A DNA stretch of 64,000 nt from an uncultured Verrucomicrobiae bacterium (GCA_963813025.1 CAWEXO010000016.1:32001-96000); one strand, 5' to 3'. Positions 38,709-49,583 are shown, numbered from the stretch's first letter. Made by a program: numbers and translations. The notes: generated by a model not told the origin, from the sequence alone.

Positions 38709-41700
38709 ATGTTTAGCTCGCTGAGGTCTGTCGCCCGGAATCTTATCCTTTTTGGTTGCTCGTTTTTTCTCTTCGCCAACACCTCCGCTTGGGCCCAACA
38801 GGCCGAAGCGCTGGGACCGGTTTCCGAGCCGCTCTGGATGCGCTATCCCCAGATCTCTCCAGATGGACAAACCATCGCCTTCAGCTTCCAAGGCCATATT
38901 TTCTCGGTTCCCAGCTCCGGCGGTCTCGCTCGAGCGCTAACGGCCGGACCGGCTCACGATACCAGCCCGGTTTGGTCGCCGGACGGCAAGATGATCGCGT
39001 TCGCCTCGGACCGTTACGGCCATTACGATGTGTACCTGATCAGCGCCGAAGGCGGCCCAGCTCGAAGGTTGACTACCTATTCCACCGACCAGATCCCTAC
39101 GAGTTTTACGCCCGATAGCCAGTTTGTCCTCTTTTCCGCTCACCGGATGAACACGGCCACGGCTTCGAAATTTCCGCTCGGGAACTGGTTGCCCGAGCTG
39201 TACAAAGTTTCGATTGAGGAAGGCCGAGCCTCGCAACTGATTCTCACCACCCCTGCGCTGCACGCACGTCACGACCGGGCGGCCCGGCGAATCCTCTACG
39301 AAAATCAGAAAGGATATGAGGATCCCTGGCGTAAACACGAAACGTTCTCGATCGCTCACGACATTTTTCTCTACAACGCCGATACCGGCGATCACACGAA
39401 ACTTACTACCTTCGTCGGGGAAGACCGCGATCCGGTCTGGGCGCCGGACGAGCAGTCTTTCTATTACCTGAGCGAAATGAGTGGGTCGTTCAACATTTGG
39501 CGGCTGCCAATCACCGGGGCCCAAGATCAGGCGCCGGAGCAGATTACGAATTTTTCGAGAAATCCTGTCCGCTTCCTTTCCATCGCGGAAAATGGGACTC
39601 TGGCGTTCGGATTCAACGGGGAAATTTACGTGCTGCCACCGGGCTCGCGCGATCCGCGGAAAGTCTCGATCCAGATCGCAACGGCGCCGAGCGCTCCCCG
39701 GATGCAAGAGGCCAATCTGGCCGATCAAGCCACTGAGATCTCGCTCAGCCCCAACGGGAAGGAAATCGCCTTTGTCGTACGCGGCGATATCTACGTCGCT
39801 TCCATCGAGACTGGCGCGACCAAACGGATTACGAACACGCCGGGACAGGAACGCACCGTGTCCTTCAGTCCTGACGGCCGGAAGCTCGTCTTCGCCGCGG
39901 AGTACGATAAGCCGTGGGCTCTTTACGAAGCCTCCATCGTGCAGCCGAAGGAAAAGGAACCCTATTTCTTCGACGCTACGGCGATCGATATTCATCCACT
40001 GCTGGAAAATGGGAAAGAAAACTTCCAGCCAAAATATTCGCCAGACGGTAAAGAGGTCGCCTATCTGGAAGATCGTGCGACCATTAAGATCCTCAATTTG
40101 GAGACGAAACAGACCCGCGTCATTCTTCCGTCAACTTTCAACTATTCCTACGAGGATGGCGATCGCTGGTTTGATTGGTCACCGGATGGCAAGTGGCTCC
40201 TGGTCGACTTTGTGGATACCAATCGATTCTCGGAAGAGGCCGGACTGGTTGACACAGCCGGCCGGCAGGAATTAACGAACCTCACGAAAAGCGGTTACGA
40301 GGATATCCAACCCGAATGGGCGATGGATGGAAAAACGATGTTCTGGCTGACGAACCGTTACGGACTCCACGGAGACGGCTATAGTGAACATCCGCAGCTG
40401 GACGTGTACGAAATGTTTTTCACTCAGGCCGCGCTCGACCGATTCAAATTGTCCAAGGCGGAATACAGCATCATCAAAGCGCAGGAAGACGAAGCGAAAA
40501 AGAAGCAGGAGCAGGCGGAAAATAAAGGCAAACCGGGCCCGACGCCGACTCCTGCTCCCAAGCTCGCCGAACCGGTTCCGCTGGAACTCAAAGACATTGA
40601 GGACCGGACGGCCCGGTTGACCCTTGGTTCCGCCCAGATTGCCCAAGCCAAGTTGACCAGTGATGGCGAAACTCTGGTGTATCTGGCCAAGAGCGATAAA
40701 GGCTACGCTCTCTGGTCCGAGAAAATCCGGGACAAGGAAATCAAGCAACTCGGCGAGTTCGATGCTCCTCCACCTCATCGGCCAGGCGCACGGTTGCCGC
40801 AGCAAATCGAACTGAACAAGGAAGGCAACACCGCTTTTGTGCTGGTAAATGGCCGGATCAATAAGGTGAACCTGGCCGACGGCAAGTCTGAAGCGGTGAA
40901 ACTAACCGCAGAAAAGGAAATCGATGGGCCGGCTGAAAGGCACTATCTCTTCGAGCATATGTGCCGCCAGATGAAAGAGAAATTTTATGCGGCCGATATG
41001 GGAGGCGTTGACTGGGATTATTACAAACAGGTTTACGCCCGGTTCTTGCCTTTCATCACCGACAACCGTGATTTTTCCGAGATGATGAGTGAGCTGCTTG
41101 GCGAGCTGAACGCCAGCCATACTGGGTGCCGTTTTTTTCCGCAAAGCGCCGACGAGACGGCCGCGCTGGGTGCATTCTACGACCAATCTTATACCGGTCC
41201 CGGGCTGAAGATTCAGGAGGTGATCGAAAGTGGACCGCTGGTGACGGCCAGCGCCCAAGTCGCCGCGGGAATGATCATCGAGAAAATCGATGAAACTGTC
41301 ATTACACCGGGTATGGAGGTCAGCCCCCTGCTCAACCACAAAGTTGGTCAGCCGGTTCTGCTCTCGATTTTTGATCCGGCAAAGAACAGTCGGTTCGATG
41401 TGCGCATCAAACCGATCGGGCTGGGCGAACAGGAAAACCTGCTGTATGAACGATGGGTCAAACAGCGTCGTGAACTAGTCGATCGTCTCAGCCACGGCAC
41501 GATCGGGTATGTCCACGTTCGGTCAATGTCCGATGAAAGTTACCGCGACACCTTTGCCGAGGCGCTCGGCCGGGACAGCGGAAAAAAGGCCTTGATTATC
41601 GATACCCGCTACAACGGCGGCGGCAATCTTCATGATCAACTGGCAACTCTCCTTTCCGGTAAACGTTACCTGGAGATTGTTCCCCGAAGTCAGAGTCTTG

Positions 41701-42041
41701 GCTGGGAACCCTTCAACAAATGGGATAAGCCAACGGCGGTTATTGCCGGAGAAAGCAATTACTCCGATGCGTACCTCTTCCCGTGGGTCTACCAGCATCT
41801 AAAGATCGGCAAGATTATCGGGATGCCGATCCCGGGGACCGGCACATTTGTCTGGTGGGAAACGCAGCAGGATCCCTCGCTGGTGTTTGGGATCCCGGAA
41901 GGCCCCTTCGTTGACTCGCAAGGACACCTCATGGAGAAAACTCAAGTCGAACCCGATATCCAGGTTGAGAACGACCCAAAAAGCGTGGTGGAAGGTGCCG
42001 ATCGTCAACTCGAGGCCGCGGTTCGCGAATTGTCGAAGTAG
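38709..42041 (+). CDS. tricorn-like S41 peptidase with PD40 propellers and PDZ domain
   Basis: Signal peptide, repeated W/FSPDG, LGELNASH, IDTRYNGGG and SNYSDA. Confidence 0.9.
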   Translation: MFSSLRSVARNLILFGCSFFLFANTSAWAQQAEALGPVSEPLWMRYPQISPDGQTIAFSFQGHIFSVPSSGGLARALTAGPAHDTSPVWSPDGKMIAFASDRYGHYDVYLISAEGGPARRLTTYSTDQIPTSFTPDSQFVLFSAHRMNTATASKFPLGNWLPELYKVSIEEGRASQLILTTPALHARHDRAARRILYENQKGYEDPWRKHETFSIAHDIFLYNADTGDHTKLTTFVGEDRDPVWAPDEQSFYYLSEMSGSFNIWRLPITGAQDQAPEQITNFSRNPVRFLSIAENGTLAFGFNGEIYVLPPGSRDPRKVSIQIATAPSAPRMQEANLADQATEISLSPNGKEIAFVVRGDIYVASIETGATKRITNTPGQERTVSFSPDGRKLVFAAEYDKPWALYEASIVQPKEKEPYFFDATAIDIHPLLENGKENFQPKYSPDGKEVAYLEDRATIKILNLETKQTRVILPSTFNYSYEDGDRWFDWSPDGKWLLVDFVDTNRFSEEAGLVDTAGRQELTNLTKSGYEDIQPEWAMDGKTMFWLTNRYGLHGDGYSEHPQLDVYEMFFTQAALDRFKLSKAEYSIIKAQEDEAKKKQEQAENKGKPGPTPTPAPKLAEPVPLELKDIEDRTARLTLGSAQIAQAKLTSDGETLVYLAKSDKGYALWSEKIRDKEIKQLGEFDAPPPHRPGARLPQQIELNKEGNTAFVLVNGRINKVNLADGKSEAVKLTAEKEIDGPAERHYLFEHMCRQMKEKFYAADMGGVDWDYYKQVYARFLPFITDNRDFSEMMSELLGELNASHTGCRFFPQSADETAALGAFYDQSYTGPGLKIQEVIESGPLVTASAQVAAGMIIEKIDETVITPGMEVSPLLNHKVGQPVLLSIFDPAKNSRFDVRIKPIGLGEQENLLYERWVKQRRELVDRLSHGTIGYVHVRSMSDESYRDTFAEALGRDSGKKALIIDTRYNGGGNLHDQLATLLSGKRYLEIVPRSQSLGWEPFNKWDKPTAVIAGESNYSDAYLFPWVYQHLKIGKIIGMPIPGTGTFVWWETQQDPSLVFGIPEGPFVDSQGHLMEKTQVEPDIQVENDPKSVVEGADRQLEAAVRELSK

Positions 42042-42091
42042 AAATCGGTTGCCGGACCTGGTGATCAGTTCTAATTTCGGCTCCGTTTTTC

Positions 42092-42165
42092 GGAGACATA
42101 GCTCAACTGGTTAGAGCGCTGCCCTGTCACGGCAGAGGTTGCGGGTTCGAGCCCCGTTGTCTCCG
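42092..42165 (+). tRNA. tRNA-Asp (GTC)
   Basis: GGAGACATAGCTCAACTGGTTAGAGCG-CTGCC-CTGTCAC-GGCAG-AGGTTGCGGGTTCGAGCCCCGTTGTCTCCG. Confidence 0.95.
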
Positions 42166-42190
42166 CATTGTCATTTCCGGGAGTACCGCT

Positions 42191-42577
42191 ATGGACATTA
42201 TCCAGAAAATTGAGAAAGAGCAGATGAAGTCAGATCTCGCCCCTTTTAAGGTTGGCGACACGGTCCGCGTACACACCAGGGTCGTTGAGGGTGATAAGGA
42301 ACGTATTCAGATTTTTTCCGGCATTGTTATCGGTCGACGTGGGACTGGGCTGAACTCCTTCTTTACTGTCCGCCGCATTTCCTACGGGGAAGGCGTTGAG
42401 CGTGTTTTTCCATTGCATTCGCCGCGAATCGCCAAGATCGAAATCGAACGTTCTGGAGATGTCCGCCGAGCAAAGCTGAATTACTTACGGAATCGCAAGG
42501 GTAAACAGGCGATGACCGTCAAAGAGCGCGCCCAAGCGATTCAAAGTCCCGCGAAGTCAACGCCCAAGGCGGCATAG
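42191..42577 (+). CDS. rplS: 50S ribosomal protein L19
   Basis: [28 protein letters not shown] and VRRAKL.Y. Confidence 0.97.
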   Translation: MDIIQKIEKEQMKSDLAPFKVGDTVRVHTRVVEGDKERIQIFSGIVIGRRGTGLNSFFTVRRISYGEGVERVFPLHSPRIAKIEIERSGDVRRAKLNYLRNRKGKQAMTVKERAQAIQSPAKSTPKAA

Positions 42578-42903
42578 CCGTCGTGGAGACGCGCCGGACC
42601 CTGTTTTTCGCTCTCGCGACTCGGGCGGCGGCGCGACAGGCCTTGTCGTCGCTTTAGACGGCGAAGCGCGACCGCCATCCAAAGGGGTCTTTTCGCCATG
42701 GACCCGGAGCTTCGTTCTTCGGTATTCTCGTTACACTCCATAATCCTGAAGAGTTTGAACGGAAGCTCGCCAAGATCCCGAAGAAGAGGAGATCGAGATT
42801 GGGGTAAAGCAAAGCAAAGTTCTGTACTGCTATCCTGGAAATTCGATCAAAAAATCGGCGCAAAGCGGTTGCGCCAAATCAGGCGATTCGACATCATGCG
42901 TTT

Positions 42904-43569
42904 ATGCGGCACAGCCAGGAGCCGAGACGGCGCTTCTCCTGTTCTTTCCGATTCGAGAAACAGCTTCGCCAACAAGGTTACGAGTGTATTGCCGGGATCG
43001 ACGAAGCCGGTCGCGGACCTCTGGCTGGACCGGTGGTCGCCGCAGCCGTAGTGTTGCCCCGGCGCATCTCTTTAACCGGCCTCAATGACTCAAAGCAGCT
43101 TTGCCCCGCGTTACGCGAAGAGTTTTATGAAAAGCTTACCGTCAACCCGGCTGTACTGATCGGCGTCGGGAGCGCGACCTCCGCCGAGATCGATCACATC
43201 AATATTTTACGAGCAACCTATGTCGCGATGCAGCGGGCAATCGCCGCCTTACCTGTCGCGCCGGAACATTTTTTAATCGACGGGTTACCCGTGCCCTTCT
43301 TTCAAACGCGGCAAACCGCAATCATCGACGGAGACGCCAAATCACTGAGCATCGCAGCCGCGAGCGTGATTGCCAAAGTGACTCGTGACCGTATGATGCA
43401 GACTTGGCATGAGCGATATCCGCACTACCAGTTCCAGACGAACAAAGGGTATGCTACGCCGGAACATCGGGAGCTTCTCCGCATCCATGGACCATGCGAA
43501 ATCCATCGTCGTTCGTTTGAGCCGGTCGCCCAGATGTATCTTCCACTCGGTCTTTCGGCGCTTTGCTAA
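42904..43569 (+). CDS. rnhB: ribonuclease HII
   Basis: GIDEAGRGPLAGPV, DSK, IAAASVIAKVTRD and HRRSF. Confidence 0.95.
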   Translation: MRHSQEPRRRFSCSFRFEKQLRQQGYECIAGIDEAGRGPLAGPVVAAAVVLPRRISLTGLNDSKQLCPALREEFYEKLTVNPAVLIGVGSATSAEIDHINILRATYVAMQRAIAALPVAPEHFLIDGLPVPFFQTRQTAIIDGDAKSLSIAAASVIAKVTRDRMMQTWHERYPHYQFQTNKGYATPEHRELLRIHGPCEIHRRSFEPVAQMYLPLGLSALC

Positions 43570-43996
43570 GTGGTTTCCGCGGAGGGTCCGAGCCGGACTG
43601 GCGCTAAAAGGAAAGCCGACCCATCTGCGCTTGGGGCAGGCCGGCGAGAAAATTGCCGCCGGTTTTCTACGCAAACAGGGTTACAAAATCCTTTACCGAA
43701 ACTTCCGTTCTCGCCGAGGGGGCGAGATCGACTTAGTTTGCCGGGATCGCAAGGACGGCAATCTGGTCTTTGTGGAGGTGAAAACCCGGGGAACGAGTCT
43801 GTTCGCTCCGCCCCGTTCGGCCGTGAATTGGACGAAACGAATTCACTTGATCCGAGCCGCTAAAGAATGGCTTCGGCTTTTGGATCGACCCGACATTTGT
43901 TACCGCTTTGATATCGTGGAGGTTGTCACCTACCCGAGGGAATCCTGTAACCTGATCCGCAACGCGTTTGGTGTGCCGGATGATGTCTATTCGTAG
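43487..43996 (+). CDS. YraN (UPF0102) family endonuclease-like protein
   Basis: G..GE..A..FL, GEIDLV, FVEVKTR and RFDIV. Start uncertain; overlaps rnhB. Confidence 0.85.
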   Translation: MDHAKSIVVRLSRSPRCIFHSVFRRFAKWFPRRVRAGLALKGKPTHLRLGQAGEKIAAGFLRKQGYKILYRNFRSRRGGEIDLVCRDRKDGNLVFVEVKTRGTSLFAPPRSAVNWTKRIHLIRAAKEWLRLLDRPDICYRFDIVEVVTYPRESCNLIRNAFGVPDDVYS

Positions 43997-44066
43997 CCAA
44001 GCCACCGGAAACTGTTGATCGCCAAAAGCGAAGAGGGAAGTTATGATGTCGTCCGGAGTTTGATGT

Positions 44067-44660
44067 ATGCCGGAATTCCGCTTGGAGTCGTCGACCACGC
44101 GTTTGAGTACAATCGCCACCGTCTTTCTGGATGCCGTGCTGTTCGACGGTGCGCTGGCCATCGACGGAACTGTCGGCAATGGGTATGACACCCTTTATCT
44201 CGCTCACCGGGTAGGCCCGCGCGGGCACGTGCTCGGTTTCGATGTTCAAAAAGGAGCTTTGACAGGAGCTGGAGAGCTACTTCGCTTTACCGGCGTTTTC
44301 AATCGGGTCCGCCTGGTCTTGGACGATCACGCCCACATTGGGCGTTACCTGGCGCTGGAGCAGAACGTCCAGGCCGCGATGTTCAATCTTGGGTTTTTGC
44401 CGCGGAGCAATCGGCAGGTCATTACCCATCCGGAAACGACTGTGAAAGCGCTTGACGAAGTTTTGATTCGCCTGGCCAGGAGTGGACGGGCGACGGTTCT
44501 GTCTTATCGGGGTCACGCCGGCGGCCCCGAGGAGCACCGCGCCCTCGTTGGATATTTGCGAGCGCTTACGAACTCGTTCGAGGTTCGGGAATTCACCGGG
44601 GCAAGAGATGCGGCGGATACGCCGCGGCTTTTCACGATAGAACGGTGCGGGGACCGGTGA
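44067..44660 (+). CDS. YtqB/MnmM-like SAM-dependent methyltransferase
   Basis: DGTVGNGYDT, FDVQ, MFNLGFLP and Y.GH.GG.EE. Confidence 0.8.
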   Translation: MPEFRLESSTTRLSTIATVFLDAVLFDGALAIDGTVGNGYDTLYLAHRVGPRGHVLGFDVQKGALTGAGELLRFTGVFNRVRLVLDDHAHIGRYLALEQNVQAAMFNLGFLPRSNRQVITHPETTVKALDEVLIRLARSGRATVLSYRGHAGGPEEHRALVGYLRALTNSFEVREFTGARDAADTPRLFTIERCGDR

Positions 44661-44869
44661 GGAGTTACAGGAGTCGCGGCGAATTCGTAGGTCGGTAGGC
44701 CGCGTATCGACTTGAGCTGATTGGCGTCAATATCAGCCTTCTGTTTCCGCGACGCGTATCTGCGCCAAGTGGATCGAAACGAGGTGGCCGATGGCAAAGT
44801 GGCACCGACACTGACACTGCTCCTGAACGCCGGGCTCCCGACTGCCAGATGCCGACTCCTGTAACTCCT
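44660..44869. repeat. perfect 17-bp inverted repeat bracketing a convergent intergenic region
   Basis: AGGAGTTACAGGAGTCG at 44660-44676 and CGACTCCTGTAACTCCT at 44853-44869. Confidence 0.8.
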
Positions 44870-44885
44870 GCCTCCCGACCGCTGA

Positions 44886-46514
44886 CTATCGCGGATTGAC
44901 GATCCTTCCGGTGATCAGCATAAAACGATAGATCGCCGCCTCCTGCCCGGAGTTAAGTTGCAGAACACGGTTCTGTATCTCGCGTTCGGTTTTGGTTAGC
45001 CGGCCCAGCATAAGCACGTGCTCGCGCCAGGTCGTCGTCACCGCCTCCATCCGGAACACTGCCCGATCGGCAAGGTTCTCGTAAAGCCGAACGCTGGACG
45101 CCCCGTTGCGCAGATACACCAGCCGAAGTTCTTGCATCAATTCCAGAAACTCTTGCCGGTTTTTCTCATCGATTCTCAGCTCCGCAACGACGGCCACCGG
45201 ACCTTCGTCCGGAGCTGGTGCGTCGGCGAACTCGGGAATCTGCGGTGCCGGCGACAGGTCCGTATCGAGCGACTTGATAAAATCGATCGAGAGCGGACCC
45301 GCCACAGAGAGGTTGAAGCAGACCAGCAGAGCGGCAAGCACCAACGTATATTCGAAGCCGGTGAATGCCGCCGCGGCACCCCAGGCCACGCCGCCAAGGG
45401 CGATGCCACCCTGCGAGACCATGATTTGCGCCGCGTTCAACCGGCCACGGGTCCAGCCAGGCATTGCTTGCTGAGCCACCACCCAAAGTTCCGATGCGGC
45501 CAGCGTCCAGCCCAGGCCCGCAAGGGCCGCAACAACCATAAAAGCTTCGAGCTGACGAACCGCCGCCATCAAGACATACACCAACGCAAGCAAGACGCTC
45601 GCGAGTATGGTGACCTGGTTGGAGCTGAAGCGATCTCGTGCCCATGGTATGACAAACACCGCGCCTAGAAGCGAACCGATCGCGATGCTGGTGAAAAGGA
45701 TCCCGAGGTGCGCCGAATCCAGGTGGAGCGCTTTCAACCCCACTACCGGCAGCAGCGCTGGAATAACCGAAATCAACAGCGAGAACAGGAAGGCGCGCAG
45801 CAGGACGATCTGAATTCCACGAGAATATCGGACGTAGCGCAAGGCGCCAACAAAGGACTCAAATACGCTTTCGGTCGGCGCCCGCAAACGCCGGTGCTTC
45901 TTCCGCCATCGCATGATCACGGTCAACACAACGAGGAAGCCGACGGCGTTCAGCGCGAAAATCGCATTCGCGCCGATCAGGGGAAGGAGTAACCCGCCGA
46001 GGGCTGGCCCGATAACCCCGGAAATATTCATCTGCACTCCTCCGAGGGTGACTGCTGAAGGCAGTTCTTCCTTGGATACGAGATCCGGGATCACCGAGCT
46101 CCAGGCCGGTGCGTTGCATGCAAACCCGACTCCCAGGAGAAACACCGCGACAAGGACCACCAAGGGATTCAGCAACTTTAGCCCTCCCAGAACTGCCAAT
46201 CCGGCTGCGGCCAGAGCAAGCCAGATGTGCATAACGCTGAGAATTTTCTTCCGGTCTACCGTGTCGGCCAGCGCGCCGGCTGGAAACGTCAGTAGAAAAA
46301 AAGGCAATGAGGCCGCCGTGGACAAAAGCGACAGGAGGAACCGCGACGGCGTCAGGGTGTTCATGACCCAGGTGGCCGCCATATCGTGAGCCGAGACGCA
46401 ACACCCGGAGAGGACGCTGGCCAACCACAGACTGCGAAAAGCGGGGTTCCGTAAGGACAGCCAAACGGAAGTGGCGCTTAGCGGCCTCGAAAATCTCGCG
46501 AATAGCCTCACCAT
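44886..46514 (-). CDS. MFS transporter (MFS_3/DUF894-type) with a soluble C-terminal domain
   Basis: FRSLW, GALADTVDR, about 12 TMs and a C-terminal GPV.V..LRNGA. Confidence 0.88.
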   Translation of the reverse strand: MVRLFARFSRPLSATSVWLSLRNPAFRSLWLASVLSGCCVSAHDMAATWVMNTLTPSRFLLSLLSTAASLPFFLLTFPAGALADTVDRKKILSVMHIWLALAAAGLAVLGGLKLLNPLVVLVAVFLLGVGFACNAPAWSSVIPDLVSKEELPSAVTLGGVQMNISGVIGPALGGLLLPLIGANAIFALNAVGFLVVLTVIMRWRKKHRRLRAPTESVFESFVGALRYVRYSRGIQIVLLRAFLFSLLISVIPALLPVVGLKALHLDSAHLGILFTSIAIGSLLGAVFVIPWARDRFSSNQVTILASVLLALVYVLMAAVRQLEAFMVVAALAGLGWTLAASELWVVAQQAMPGWTRGRLNAAQIMVSQGGIALGGVAWGAAAAFTGFEYTLVLAALLVCFNLSVAGPLSIDFIKSLDTDLSPAPQIPEFADAPAPDEGPVAVVAELRIDEKNRQEFLELMQELRLVYLRNGASSVRLYENLADRAVFRMEAVTTTWREHVLMLGRLTKTEREIQNRVLQLNSGQEAAIYRFMLITGRIVNPR

Positions 46515-46560
46515 CCTGAACCCCCGGCTCCTGTCTCCGGCGACTCAATTGAAGCGCAGA

Positions 46561-46684
46561 TTGGAACCACAGATTGCACCGGTTAGCACAGATTAATCGA
46601 AAACACGTTGATTATTCGATAATCAAAACGCTGATGTATTTCGTCGTCTGAATCTGTGCTGATCGGTGGAATCTGTGGTTCCAA
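46561..46684. repeat. MITE-like element with 34-bp inverted repeats (CACAGAT family)
   Basis: 46561-46594 versus 46651-46684, 3 mismatches. Confidence 0.85.
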
Positions 46685-46723
46685 TTTTGCTTCATCCTGA
46701 ACTCCTGACTCCCGACTCCTCAG

Positions 46724-48049
46724 TTAATAGCGGCGACGAGCGACCAAAGGGGGTCCCTCGATATTGGAGAGATCGATGCCGTTTTCTTCCAACACATGAA
46801 AAATGTTTTCGAGAAGGAGCGGAACGCCGTCTGCCCGATTGTCTGGATTGACCGTCTTGTGCTTGGCAAGTTCATCGCGAAGCTGTGCCTGGAGGTAGGA
46901 CTTGAACCGGGCAACGGGATCGGAGACCGGCGAGTTGGTATCAGCTTCCCGGCTGACCGCTTCCGTGAAGCGTTCCTCCGCCAGCTCGTTCAGCGTTCGC
47001 CTGAGTTGCGCAATATTTTCGGTCAACATTGCGTTCTGCTCACGCAGAGCCTGAGCCTCGTCGTGCGAAGCAGGCGAGGGGTGTCGAACAACCGGTTTGG
47101 TGCGAGCTTCCGGGAGGCGCTGTTTCTGGAGACGGTCCCGGCTTTGCGTCAGCTCACGCTTCAGTTCGCCGAAAAGCCTTTCGATTGCTCGAAGCAGAGG
47201 AGTGAGCTCCGCACCTTCGACCGATTTGCGCGGACGGTTCGCTTCCGGGGCGGGCCGTCCACTCGATAGAGAGCCCGGAGATCCTTCCGGTCTGAGCCCG
47301 GGCAAAGGAGGTTTCGCGATGTGGGACTTCTCCAGCTTTTCTCGGACAACTTCGCTGATTTTTGGGGGCAGCTCTTCGCTCGCCGTAAGTTCCTTCAACC
47401 AGCGCGCGCTCCAACGGCGAAAGGTCTCGGCAACTTCAGCCTGGCTGTTTTCGGGTAGACGGGCCAATCCCGAGGTGCTTCTGGCCCATTGAAGAATCGA
47501 CAGGGCCGCTGGCGGATTCAGAATTCCGCCAATAGCGCACAGGGCATGAACGGCGAGCAGCTGGGCATCGACCGGTCGAAGAGTCTTCAGGTCGATCTGG
47601 AGCAACCAAGGCTTGTTTTTTCCCAAGAGGACACTCGAAAACGCTTGGCGATCCTTGGCGGTCCAAGTCCCTGGCTCGCCGATGAGTCGCAGCGTGCTCA
47701 GCAGCAACTTTGTGGCGGAATCGGGGTCGAGCTTGTAAAGCCCGCGCGCCAAACTCAAACGGATTCGCTTACCCGCTTCAGACTCATTGCCCCGGATCGC
47801 TGTCAAGAAGGCTTTCCGCCGACTCGGCGAGAGCTGTGGCCACGCTTCGCTTGTACCGGTCACGGGAATGAACCAGGGCAGGTCCGGCACCTTTTCCATT
47901 GCGAGAGTAGTCGCTTTTCCGCCCGCGAGAAGAAGATCCCGAAACAACGCCGCTCCACGCTGCTCGTCGGCCGCGGTCAACCGGCGGGTCCGCGATTCGC
48001 CGGCGATTTTGTTCAGCTCATCGGCAATGGAATCGACGTCTTTGGACAT
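46724..48049 (-). CDS. hypothetical protein (helical N-domain, Pro-rich linker, coiled-coil C-terminus)
   Basis: About 440 aa, immediately downstream of the halogenase; no family recognised. Confidence 0.7.
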   Translation of the reverse strand: MSKDVDSIADELNKIAGESRTRRLTAADEQRGAALFRDLLLAGGKATTLAMEKVPDLPWFIPVTGTSEAWPQLSPSRRKAFLTAIRGNESEAGKRIRLSLARGLYKLDPDSATKLLLSTLRLIGEPGTWTAKDRQAFSSVLLGKNKPWLLQIDLKTLRPVDAQLLAVHALCAIGGILNPPAALSILQWARSTSGLARLPENSQAEVAETFRRWSARWLKELTASEELPPKISEVVREKLEKSHIAKPPLPGLRPEGSPGSLSSGRPAPEANRPRKSVEGAELTPLLRAIERLFGELKRELTQSRDRLQKQRLPEARTKPVVRHPSPASHDEAQALREQNAMLTENIAQLRRTLNELAEERFTEAVSREADTNSPVSDPVARFKSYLQAQLRDELAKHKTVNPDNRADGVPLLLENIFHVLEENGIDLSNIEGPPLVARRRY

Positions 48050-48050
48050 C

Positions 48051-49583
48051 TCAGAAACGCGCGGCACAGGCGGGTAGAATCGGCGGTGATCCGCTCGGCG
48101 GTTTCGGCAGAAACAGACTTTGCCATTCCAAGGCGAGCCATTGACGTACTCCGCGAAGCATCAGGGGCACCGAGGAGCGGTCAGGACTGAACCCCGGGAG
48201 CAACAGACGCCGATCGCGATTGTTCTTACCGTAGATACCGGCTCCCAGCCGTTTCTTGGCAAGGACGGCCAAGCGACGGTTATAGAGTCGCATGAATCGG
48301 CCGAATGTCTGCCCGATCGGGCCGGCGTAGGGCAAGGCGGAGTAGCGGTCGGGCGCATTACCATACGCTTGTCGAACCGGCCCAATAAAATAGGCCCCAA
48401 CATCAAGCAGAAAGGCGACCTGCATCAGCTCAGCGTCGCCCATGTAATAGTATTTGTCTTTGTAGACGCCGTTGAACCAGGTGTGAAACTGCTGCTGATA
48501 CAGATCATTGTATCTTTTCGTCCGGCCGGAAACATCCTCTCCGTTCAAGGCGTCTCCAACAACTTCAGTTATCGCTGACACCGTATAAGAGACAAAATCC
48601 AGTCCGGGACTGTAGAGCGGGTCAAGAAATCCAGCGGCATCGCCGGCCAGCGCCCAGCCATCACCGATTGTCTGCGTGCTGTAAAAAGGAAGGGAGGAAT
48701 AGGTGCGGACATCGTTCTGGATATACTCAGCGGCCGCGAAAAGACGGCGTCCAAGCGGATGCTGGAGCAGATGGGCCTTCAGACGCTCTCCCAGATTTGG
48801 ACCTTCCGGCAGAGCATAAAGTCGACTGTCGTAAACCAGGCCGACGCTGAAATCGCCTCCTTTCAATGGAATGATCCAGCACCACCAGCCGAAGCCCATC
48901 AGATGATTGGTCGCCCACTGGCGCGTCACCCGGCAAGCCTCGGTGAATTGCGGCGCTTCGGCCCAAATTTCGGCGCCGTCCAGGTCAGCGGTCTTGCGAA
49001 AACGAGCCCAGACGGCATTTGTCGGATGATCGGAGAGAGGACGAAACAGCTTCAGTTTTCGGGCAATGACGGCGGCTCGGCCGCTAGCGTCAACGACCCA
49101 CTTGCCGGTCACGGATCGGACTTCGTCGCCCAGCTTGACCGTGACCTCGTTTCGGCCGGCTCCGCCAAATTGGAGTTCCTGGATCTTGGCCGGCCGCCAG
49201 AGATCGCATCCGCTGGCTACGGCTTTGTCCAGAATGACTTGGTCCAGTTTTGACCGGTCTAGCTGAAAGGTTGGTAGGCGCGTTTGGTATAAAGGACCGA
49301 TCTCCGCGCAGCTGGTGAAAGGATCGTCGCTTTGGCCGTAAAACCAAAAGCGCAGGCCGGACTTGCTGAGTTGTTCATGACCGAGATGATGAGCCAGGTT
49401 CAAAACGCGCGTGAGAAAGCAGGCGCTGACCTCACTAGTGGATTCGCCAACCTTGCGATCGAATTCCGGGGATTTTTCAATAATTAGAACGCGCCGTTGG
49501 GGTTGCCGATGCTTGAGCAGATAAGCGGTCGACGCTCCGGCAATCGCCCCTCCGATGACCACTAAGTCGTAGTCGGATCGCAT
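48051..49583 (-). CDS. flavin-dependent halogenase-family oxidoreductase
   Basis: VIGGAIAG, KVGES, K-S-G-L-R-F, VDASGR, WCWIIP (WxWxIP) and GDAAGFLDPLYSPG. ATG at 49583; the longer ORF reads through a repeat. Confidence 0.85.
   Translation of the reverse strand: MRSDYDLVVIGGAIAGASTAYLLKHRQPQRRVLIIEKSPEFDRKVGESTSEVSACFLTRVLNLAHHLGHEQLSKSGLRFWFYGQSDDPFTSCAEIGPLYQTRLPTFQLDRSKLDQVILDKAVASGCDLWRPAKIQELQFGGAGRNEVTVKLGDEVRSVTGKWVVDASGRAAVIARKLKLFRPLSDHPTNAVWARFRKTADLDGAEIWAEAPQFTEACRVTRQWATNHLMGFGWWCWIIPLKGGDFSVGLVYDSRLYALPEGPNLGERLKAHLLQHPLGRRLFAAAEYIQNDVRTYSSLPFYSTQTIGDGWALAGDAAGFLDPLYSPGLDFVSYTVSAITEVVGDALNGEDVSGRTKRYNDLYQQQFHTWFNGVYKDKYYYMGDAELMQVAFLLDVGAYFIGPVRQAYGNAPDRYSALPYAGPIGQTFGRFMRLYNRRLAVLAKKRLGAGIYGKNNRDRRLLLPGFSPDRSSVPLMLRGVRQWLALEWQSLFLPKPPSGSPPILPACAARF

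Noticed and set aside
12109..40805. Long antisense ORFs (e.g. 12109-13056, 15274-16332, 38937-39995)
   Set aside because: They are shadow frames of well-supported genes in GC-rich DNA and carry no recognisable motifs.
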